From Rubrivivax sp. (lineage in GTDB: Bacteria > Pseudomonadota > Gammaproteobacteria > Burkholderiales > Burkholderiaceae_C): a DNA stretch of 63,700 bases. The notes under the pieces are model-generated. The model was not told the DNA's origin. It did not search any database and saw only the letters and a list, made by a program, of their open reading frames with translations. The stretch spans positions 1 to 63,700 of the forward strand of contig DATDER010000056.1 of assembly GCA_036523095.1 (NCBI GenBank). The letters are read 5' to 3'. The position numbers and the translations under genes were made by a program. Within the stretch, counting starts at the first letter, position 1, and each line of letters begins with the position of its first letter. Positions 55,899-63,700 of this stretch are shown piece by piece.

Positions 55899-57378
55899 TC
55901 GACGCCTTACCGGTGCGGCGTTGCGAGCAAGGGCCGGCGTCGTGCTGCTGTCCGCCTTGCTGGGCGGCTGTGCGCTCGGGCCCGACTACCAGCGCCCGCC
56001 GAGCGGGCTCGACGCCGGCTTCATCGGCGCCGGGTCGCCGGTCGTCGACGCCCGCCCGGTCTCCGCCGACATCGTCACCTTCTGGCGCGGCTTCAACGAC
56101 CCGCAGTTGAGTGCGCTGGTCGAGCAGGCGCTGGCGGCCAACGGCGACGTGCGCATCGCCCAGGCCCGCCTGCAGGAGGCGCGGGCCAACCAGGGCGAGG
56201 CCGACGCGGCAGCGCGACCCTTCTTCGACCTCGATGCCGGCATGACACGTTCGGTGCGCCCGATCACCCAACAGCCCGGCACCTCGCGCAGCGACCGGAC
56301 CGGCACCACCTACGACGCCAGCTTCATCGCCAATTGGGAGCTCGATCTCTTCGGCCGCTACCGCCGCGGCAGCGAGGCGGCGGCGGCGCTGGTGGATGCG
56401 AGCGAGGCCGGATTGCACGCGGCACACACCAGTGTCGCGGCCGAGGTCGCCCGCAACTACCTGGAACTGCGCGGCCTGCAGCAGCGCCTGCGCATCGCCG
56501 AGGCATCCCTCGTGAACCAGCGCGATGCGCAGCGCATCACGCAGGCGCGCTTCGACGCCGGCCGCGGCACCCAGCTCGACGCGGTGCGTGCGCGCAGCCT
56601 CGTCGCCAGTACCGAAGCGGTGCTGCCTGCGCTGCAGAACGGCGTCGAACGCACGGTGTTCCGCATCGCCACGCTGGTGGCGCGGCCGCCGCGCGCGGTG
56701 CTGGCAGAACTGGCCGCGCCCGCGCCGCTGCCGGGCCTGCCGGTGACCGACCTCTCCAGACTGCCGCTCGGCACGCTGGAGCAGTGGCTGCAGCGCCGCC
56801 CCGACCTGATCGCCGCCGAGCAGCGTCTGGTGGCGGCCACGGCCCAGATCGGCGTGGCGCGCACGGAGATGTTCCCGCGCCTGTCGCTGACGGGCCTGCT
56901 CGGCCTGAACGCGGCGGTCTTCAGCAATCTGGGCAGGAGCGAGTCGATGATCTATTCGCTCGGGGTGGGTCTGAGCTGGACACCCTTCGACCTCGGCGCG
57001 ATCCGCTCCCGCATCATGGCCAGCGAAGCCCGTGCGCAGCAAAGCCTGGCCATCTATGAGCAAGCGGTGGCGTTGGCGCTGGAAGAAACCGAAGGCGCTT
57101 TCAGCACTTTCACGCGCAGCGCCCAACGTACCGAACGACAGGCCGCGGCGGCGGCCGACGCACAAGAGGCGGCGCGGCTGGCCCGCCTGCGCTACGGTGC
57201 CGGCGTGTCCGACTTCTCCGTCGTGCTCGACGTCGAACGCGAGGCGCTGACCAACGAGGAACTTCTGATGCGGGCGCAGACCGAAACGGCCACGGCCCTG
57301 GTCAGCGTGTACCGCACGCTGGGCGGCGGCTGGGATGCGTCGTCGACCTCGGTGCAGGCGGGAATGCGCAAGCCCTGA
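55891..57378 (+). CDS. RND outer membrane lipoprotein (NodT/OprN family)
   Basis: LGGCALGPDY, WELDLFGR, RRPDL..AE, YRTLGGGW. Confidence 0.93.
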   Translation: MSDRRLTGAALRARAGVVLLSALLGGCALGPDYQRPPSGLDAGFIGAGSPVVDARPVSADIVTFWRGFNDPQLSALVEQALAANGDVRIAQARLQEARANQGEADAAARPFFDLDAGMTRSVRPITQQPGTSRSDRTGTTYDASFIANWELDLFGRYRRGSEAAAALVDASEAGLHAAHTSVAAEVARNYLELRGLQQRLRIAEASLVNQRDAQRITQARFDAGRGTQLDAVRARSLVASTEAVLPALQNGVERTVFRIATLVARPPRAVLAELAAPAPLPGLPVTDLSRLPLGTLEQWLQRRPDLIAAEQRLVAATAQIGVARTEMFPRLSLTGLLGLNAAVFSNLGRSESMIYSLGVGLSWTPFDLGAIRSRIMASEARAQQSLAIYEQAVALALEETEGAFSTFTRSAQRTERQAAAAADAQEAARLARLRYGAGVSDFSVVLDVEREALTNEELLMRAQTETATALVSVYRTLGGGWDASSTSVQAGMRKP

Positions 57379-57514
57379 ACCGGCCTCCTTCCTGGCCGCG
57401 CTGCCCACGACAGCGCCGGCTGGTCGAGCCAGACTCCCGCGCCCCCGTGTTCTCCCCCTTCCCAGCGCGCGGCGCCGGATACATGCTCGTCGTCCCCACC
57501 GCAGGACTCCCACC

Positions 57515-58189
57515 ATGAAGCTCTACTACCACCCCGCGTCCACCGTCAGCCGCCCCGTCGTGATGTTCATCGAGGACAACGCCCTCCAGGCCGAGTTCCA
57601 GGTGGTCGACCTGTTCACCGGCGAACACATGGGCGCCGCCTACGACGCCATCAACCCGAGCCACCTGGTGCCCGTGCTCGAGGACGACGGTTTCCGCCTG
57701 ACCGAAAGCTCGGCGATCCTGAAGTACCTGGCCGACAAGATCGAGTCGCCGGCCTATCCGAAGGACCTGCGCGAGCGCGCCCGTGTCAACGAGATGATGG
57801 ACTGGATCAACACCCAGCTCTGCCGCGACCTGGCCTATGGCACCGTCTACACGCAGATCTTCCCCGGCCACAAGCGGCCGACCGAGGAGTCGCAGCGTGT
57901 CACGGTGGCCTGGGGCCAGGAACGCGCAAAGACCTGGATGACCGTGCTTGACCAGAAACTGCTGGGTGCCGGCAAGCCCTATCTCTGCGGCGAGAAGATC
58001 ACCATTGCCGATTACTACGGCGCGTCCTTCGTGCACCTGGCCGAGCTCATCGGCTCGGACATGTCGGCCTACCCGAACGTCGACGCCTGGCTGAAGCGGA
58101 TGAAGGCGCGCCCGACATGGGACAAGGTCTACGCGGCGATCAACGGCTTCGCGCAGCAGCTGCCCAAGGGACAGCTGGCCACCGTGTGA
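57515..58189 (+). CDS. glutathione S-transferase family protein
   Basis: INPSHLVPVL, LTESSAILKYL, ITIADY. Confidence 0.92.
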   Translation: MKLYYHPASTVSRPVVMFIEDNALQAEFQVVDLFTGEHMGAAYDAINPSHLVPVLEDDGFRLTESSAILKYLADKIESPAYPKDLRERARVNEMMDWINTQLCRDLAYGTVYTQIFPGHKRPTEESQRVTVAWGQERAKTWMTVLDQKLLGAGKPYLCGEKITIADYYGASFVHLAELIGSDMSAYPNVDAWLKRMKARPTWDKVYAAINGFAQQLPKGQLATV

Positions 58190-58196
58190 GCACGCC

Positions 58197-58682
58197 ATGA
58201 TCAAGGGCCTTCACCACAACGCCTACCGCTGCCGCGACTCGGAGCAGACCCGCGGCTTCTACGAAGGCTTCCTCGGGCTCGAACTGGCCGGCGCGCTGGA
58301 GATCCGCGAGACCAAGAGCGGTCGCAGCACCGACGTGCTGCACACCTTCTACCGCCTGGGCGACGGCTCCTTCCTGGCCTTCTTCGAAGCGCCCGACATG
58401 CCCTTCGAGTTCAAGCCGCAGCACGACTTCGATCTGCACATCGCCCTCGAAGTCGACCGGCCGACCCTCGAGCGCATGTTCGACAAGGGCCGCGCGTGCG
58501 ACGTCGAAACACGCGGCGTGTCGGATCATGGTTTCATCGACTCGATCTACTTCCGCGACCCGAACGGTTACGTGATCGAGTTGTGCTGCAAGCGCGAGGG
58601 GCATGACAGCGCAATGGACCCGCTGACCAACGGGGCGCGGCAGATCGTGCAACGCTGGCAGGCTGCCAAAGCCCCGGCCTGA
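58197..58682 (+). CDS. VOC / glyoxalase family protein
   Basis: GLHHNAYRCRD, HIAL, SIYFRDPNGYVIEL. Confidence 0.9.
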   Translation: MIKGLHHNAYRCRDSEQTRGFYEGFLGLELAGALEIRETKSGRSTDVLHTFYRLGDGSFLAFFEAPDMPFEFKPQHDFDLHIALEVDRPTLERMFDKGRACDVETRGVSDHGFIDSIYFRDPNGYVIELCCKREGHDSAMDPLTNGARQIVQRWQAAKAPA

Positions 58683-58683
58683 T

Positions 58684-59790
<1,107 letters not shown>

Positions 59791-59844
59791 GTGGGCTCCT
59801 TCAGTTGTTGGGCAAGACCTTACACCAGGGCAGCACCTGCAATC

Positions 59845-59861
59845 CGAACATCCCGTGTTCG
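59845..59861. promoter_or_regulatory. inverted repeat upstream of frmA, possible operator
   Basis: CGAACA-TCCCG-TGTTCG, about 55 bp upstream of the start. Confidence 0.4.
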
Positions 59862-59898
59862 AATTTCATGGTCTATCGCGTTCGAGCACCGCGCCGGA

Positions 59899-59999
59899 CG
59901 AGGGCATCGGGTGGGTGACTCCGCTCATGTCCCCCGAAGCCCGGCTGCACGCCGGCTTCTCCTCCTTTACTTCGCTGCATCACCCACCCGACACCCTCG
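59899..59999 (-). repeat. structured intergenic element, copy 1
   Basis: 20-bp outer stem enclosing GCAGCGAAGTAAAGGAGGA-[hairpin]-GGGGGACATGAGCGGAG on the minus strand. Confidence 0.8.
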
Positions 60000-60063
60000 C
60001 CTGCCAGCAATGCGATCCGGCGACGAGCCTCCGTCTCAGCACGCTGCGCAGGTGCCGGCTGCC

Positions 60064-60162
60064 GAGGTTGTCGGGCGACCGGCGCAGTGAAGTAAAGGAG
60101 GAAGGGCCGCCGTTCAGGCTGGCCCTGGGGGACATGAACGGAGCCGGTTACCCGGCGGCCTC
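60064..60162 (+). repeat. structured intergenic element, copy 2
   Basis: 19-20-bp outer stem enclosing GCAGTGAAGTAAAGGAGGA-[hairpin]-GGGGGACATGAACGGAG. Confidence 0.8.
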
Positions 60163-60206
60163 TGAAGCAACGCTGAGCAACTCTCACGCGAGTGCCAACG
60201 AAGGCC

Positions 60207-60392
60207 CTAAAGCATCACCGCCAACCGCTCCAGAATCAACACCGCAAAGAAGCCGAAGGCCGCCAGCACCGTCCACTTGACGATCACCAGGCCGCGCCGC
60301 TTCCACACCGGCTGGCTGGTGGCGATGAACATGCCGAAGCAGAGGATGCCGGCCAGCAGCAGCAGGCCGAAGACAGCGCGAAAGATCAGCAT
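60207..60392 (-). CDS. small two-TM hypothetical membrane protein
   Basis: 61 aa, two hydrophobic helices, directly downstream of lpxC. Confidence 0.7.
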   Translation of the reverse strand: MLIFRAVFGLLLLAGILCFGMFIATSQPVWKRRGLVIVKWTVLAAFGFFAVLILERLAVML

Positions 60393-60407
60393 CGTCGAGG
60401 AATCACC

Positions 60408-61343
60408 TCACCACGCGGGTGCCAGTGCGGCCAGCCCGGCCGGCGCCTTGGACTCGTCCTCGAACGTGACGATCTCGTAAGCACTCTCGTCGGCGAGCAG
60501 CTTGCGCAGCAGCTTGTTGTTCAGCGCATGCCCGCTCTTGAAGGCGACGTAGTGCGCGATCATCGGCTTGCCGGCGATGTGCAGGTCGCCGATCGCGTCG
60601 AGGATCTTGTGCTTGACGAACTCGTCGTCGTAACGCAGGCCGTCGCTGTTGAGCACGCGGTAGTCGTCGACCACGATCACGTTGTCCATGCTGCCGCCCA
60701 GGCCCAGGCCGCGGGTGCGCATCATCTCGACGTCCTTGGTGAAGCCGAAGGTGCGCGCGCGGGCGATGTCGCGTTTGTACTGGCCCGAGCCCATGTCGAA
60801 CTCCACCCGCTGACCGGTCGCGTTGACGGCGGGGTGGTCGAACTCGATTTCGAAGGTGAGCTTGTAGCCGTCGTAGGGCTCCAGCCGCGCCCACTTGAGC
60901 GACGCGCCCTCGCCTTCGCGGATCTCCACCGCCTTGGTCACGCGGATGAAGCGCTTGGGGGCGTCCTGCACCTCGATGCCGGCGCTTTGCAGAAGGAAGA
61001 CGAAGCTCGCCGCCGAGCCGTCGAGGATCGGCACTTCGTCGGCGGTGATGTCGACGTAGAGGTTGTCGAGACCGAGGCCGGCGCAGGCCGACATCAGGTG
61101 CTCGATCGTCTGCACCTTGGGCGCGCCGGGGTCGCCGCCGGGGCTGATGGTCGAGGCCATGCGGGTGTCGCTCACCGCGAGCGCGTTGACCGGGATGTCG
61201 ACCGGCACCGGCAGGTCGGTGCGGCGGAAGACCACGCCGGTATCGGGCGGCGCCGGGCGCAGCGTCAGCTCGACCTTCTGGCCGCTGTGCACACCCACGC
61301 CGACGGCGCGGGTCAGGGACTTGAGGGTGCGTTGGGCAAGCAT
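60408..61343 (-). CDS. lpxC: UDP-3-O-acyl-GlcNAc deacetylase
   Basis: [35 protein letters not shown]. Confidence 0.97.
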   Translation of the reverse strand: MLAQRTLKSLTRAVGVGVHSGQKVELTLRPAPPDTGVVFRRTDLPVPVDIPVNALAVSDTRMASTISPGGDPGAPKVQTIEHLMSACAGLGLDNLYVDITADEVPILDGSAASFVFLLQSAGIEVQDAPKRFIRVTKAVEIREGEGASLKWARLEPYDGYKLTFEIEFDHPAVNATGQRVEFDMGSGQYKRDIARARTFGFTKDVEMMRTRGLGLGGSMDNVIVVDDYRVLNSDGLRYDDEFVKHKILDAIGDLHIAGKPMIAHYVAFKSGHALNNKLLRKLLADESAYEIVTFEDESKAPAGLAALAPAW

Positions 61344-61377
61344 GGCGGGATTGTCGGGCAATCGCTGCGCCGGCGCA

Positions 61378-61517
61378 CAGAAGCGAAGCCGGCACTGGCC
61401 GCCATCCTGCTGTATGTGGTGATCGCCCTGCTGGTGTCGATCCCGTACGTGACATGGCGCAAGCGGCGGGCCGTGGCCGATACTCGGGGCCCCGCGATGA
61501 CCAGGGACCGACAGTGA
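61378..61517 (+). pseudogene. C-terminal remnant of a membrane transporter (bile acid:Na+ symporter-like)
   Basis: [30 protein letters not shown]; stop overlaps the FGE start (GTGA); no 5' part present. Confidence 0.5.
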
Positions 61518-62494
61518 ACCCGACTGCAAGCGCGACCGCGACGCCGCCCACTGCCACCCGGCCGCCCGGCGGCGACATGGTGTGGCTTCCCGGCGGCGTC
61601 TTCGTGATGGGGGCGGACGCCCACTACGCCGAAGAAGCACCGGCGCACCGTGTGGCAGTGAACGGCTTCTGGATCGACCGTCATGCGGTGACCAACGCCG
61701 AGTTCCAGCGTTTCGTCGAAGCCACCGGCTACGTCACGCTGGCCGAGCGGCCGGCCGATGCCGCCGACTACCCCGGCGCCCAGCCCGAGATGCTGGTGCC
61801 GTCGTCGGTGGTGTTCGCCAAGGCGCCCGGGCCGGTGGAGCTGAGAGGGCGCCCGACCTGGTGGACCTACGTGCCGGGCGCCGACTGGCGCCACCCGCGG
61901 GGCCCCGACACGTCGCTCGAGGGCTTGTGGAAGCACCCGGTCGTGCATGTCGCCTTCGAAGACGCCCAGGCCTATGCCCACTGGGCCGGCAAGCGGCTGC
62001 CGACCGAAGCCGAGTGGGAATTCGCCGCACGCGGCGGGCTTGAAGAGGCCGAGTACAGCTGGGGCGCCGAGCTAAACCCGGGCGGGCGCCAGATGGCCAA
62101 CACCTGGCAAGGCGAGTTTCCGTGGCAGAACCGGCTCGAAGACGGCTTCGAATGGACCGCTCCGGTGGGGAGCTTCCCGCCCAACGGCTACGGGCTGCAC
62201 GAGATGACCGGCAACGTCTGGGAATGGACAACCGACTGGTACCAGGAGCACGCCAAGATCGTCCAGAGCTGCTGCACGCTGGACAACCCGCGTGGCGGCG
62301 ACCGCGCACAAAGCCACGACCCGAGCCTGCCGAACGTGCGCATCCCGCGCCGTGTGATGAAGGGCGGTTCGTACCTGTGTGCGCCCAACTACTGCCGGCG
62401 CTACCGGCCCGCGGCACGCATGCCGCAGCCGGTGGACACCTCGACCTGCCACCTCGGTTTCAGGTGTGTGGCGAGCGCGGAACGGCCGACATGA
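61514..62494 (+). CDS. formylglycine-generating enzyme (sulfatase-modifying factor)
   Basis: [41 protein letters not shown] (catalytic CxxxxC), HLGFRCV. Confidence 0.92.
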   Translation: MNPTASATATPPTATRPPGGDMVWLPGGVFVMGADAHYAEEAPAHRVAVNGFWIDRHAVTNAEFQRFVEATGYVTLAERPADAADYPGAQPEMLVPSSVVFAKAPGPVELRGRPTWWTYVPGADWRHPRGPDTSLEGLWKHPVVHVAFEDAQAYAHWAGKRLPTEAEWEFAARGGLEEAEYSWGAELNPGGRQMANTWQGEFPWQNRLEDGFEWTAPVGSFPPNGYGLHEMTGNVWEWTTDWYQEHAKIVQSCCTLDNPRGGDRAQSHDPSLPNVRIPRRVMKGGSYLCAPNYCRRYRPAARMPQPVDTSTCHLGFRCVASAERPT

Positions 62495-62648
62495 GCACCG
62501 ACACCGGCGACAAGGACAAGATCCCCGGCGACCCATCGACCGAGCTGTCGGCACGCCGTACCGGCATGTCCATGGCCTCGAGGAAGCCCGTGCCCAGGGC
62601 TGGACGGTGGTGAGCATGAAAGACGACTGGAAGGTCGTCTTTCCCTGA
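62491..62648 (+). pseudogene. deletion scar: DUF202/YidH-like N-terminus joined out of frame to a HAD hydrolase-like C-terminus
   Basis: MSTD...STELSARRTGMS (62491-62571), then in another frame GLEEARAQGWTVVSMKDDWKVVFP*. Confidence 0.6.
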
Positions 62649-62700
62649 GCGAGGGCGGGCCACGCCACCGGGCGCGGCCCGCTCTTGTCGCCCTGGAGGC

Positions 62701-63700
62701 TCAGTCCGCCTGCTTGCGCAGGAAGGCCGGGATCTCGATCTCGTCCATGCCGTTGTTGGCCAGCGCCTCGACCTTGGTGCGTGCGCTGCGCCACACGCTA
62801 GGCGTGTTGAGGCCGGCGTAGTCGGTGCGTGCCGGTATCGGCGCGTCGGCGGGCTGGCCCAGTGACTGGTTCAGCACCGGCGCGTTGTCGGTCCCGGTGC
62901 GCAGGTTCACGGCTTGCTGGACCGCCGGCGCCTGGACCACGCTGAGCGGTGTCTGCGAGCGCCGCGCCACCGAAGACAGGCCGGTCGCGATGACCGTGAC
63001 GCGCAACTGGTCGCCCAGGCTGTCGTCGAAGGCAGCGCCGTAGATCACGTGCGCGTCGTCGGCGGCGTACATGCGGATCGTGTTCATCGCGTTCTTGCTT
63101 TCGAGCAGCTTGAAGGTGCCCTTCGCAGCCGCGATCAGCACCAGCACGCCGCGCGCGCCGGAGAGGTCGATGCCCTCCAGCAGCGGGCAGGCGACGGCCA
63201 TCTCGGCTGCCTTCTTCGCGCGGTCGGGGCCGCTCGCGATCGCGGTGCCCATCATCGCCTTGCCGGGCTCGCTCATCACCGTCTTCACGTCCTCGAAGTC
63301 GACGTTGACGAGCGCGTCCATGTGGATGATGTCGCTGATGCCGCCGACCGCGCTCTTCAGCACGTCGTTGGCGTGCGCAAAAGCCGCTTCCTGCGTCACG
63401 TCGTCGCCCATGACCTCGAGCAGCTTCTCGTTCAGCACCACGATCAGCGAGTCGACGTTCTCTTCCAGCTCGGCCACGCCCGCGTCGGCCTGCTTGCTGC
63501 GGCGCATGCCTTCGAACTCGAAGGGCTTGGTCACGACACCGACGGTCAGGATGCCCATGTCGCGCGCGACACGTGCGATCACCGACGCCGCGCCGGTGCC
63601 GGTGCCGCCGCCCATGCCGGCGGTGATGAATAGCATGTGCGCGCCTTCGATCGAGCTCTTGATGCTGTCGATCGCCGTCTCGGCCGCAGCGCGGCCGACT
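62701..63700 (-). CDS. ftsZ: cell division protein FtsZ (5' end off the window)
   Basis: AGMGGGTGTG, NVDFEDV, C-terminal IEIPAFLRKQAD. Confidence 0.97.
   Translation of the reverse strand, partial: VGRAAAETAIDSIKSSIEGAHMLFITAGMGGGTGTGAASVIARVARDMGILTVGVVTKPFEFEGMRRSKQADAGVAELEENVDSLIVVLNEKLLEVMGDDVTQEAAFAHANDVLKSAVGGISDIIHMDALVNVDFEDVKTVMSEPGKAMMGTAIASGPDRAKKAAEMAVACPLLEGIDLSGARGVLVLIAAAKGTFKLLESKNAMNTIRMYAADDAHVIYGAAFDDSLGDQLRVTVIATGLSSVARRSQTPLSVVQAPAVQQAVNLRTGTDNAPVLNQSLGQPADAPIPARTDYAGLNTPSVWRSARTKVEALANNGMDEIEIPAFLRKQAD

Noticed and set aside
59812-59828. Sigma54 promoter for frmA (TGGTGTAAGGTCTTGC on the minus strand)
   Set aside because: GG-to-GC spacing is 11 nt rather than the required 10.
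59899-60162. CRISPR array or simple terminators
   Set aside because: There are only two inverted copies, with no spacers, cas genes or U-tracts.

Overview
High-GC betaproteobacterial (Burkholderiales, Rubrivivax/Methylibium/Piscinibacter-like) chromosomal segment, mostly core genes: ugpBAECQ, argJ, secA, tRNA-Thr(TGT), sspAB, petABC, mscL, pdxA, tatABC, hisIE, slmA, argB, dusB-fis-purH, bfr-bfd-hemP, ruvC, lpxC and partial ftsZ. Accessory blocks are a fatty acyl-CoA reductase/phasin/patatin trio, a TetR-RND-GST-VOC-frmA detox region, and a decayed sulfatase-maturation (FGE) cluster between ftsZ and lpxC. I saw no integrase, transposase or CRISPR array. The most notable non-gene signal is a back-to-back pair of ~100-bp structured elements at 59899-60162, with conserved purine-rich loops and stems that differ in sequence but keep their pairing. 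Other points are a CdsA-like protein lacking its catalytic motifs, an abrupt codon-usage switch inside the first gene (~876, possible chimera), a mutT|hisI junction that splits the his operon, and sigma28-like and leaderless promoters. All calls come from motif recognition by eye. No searches were run, and refined start codons are my estimates.
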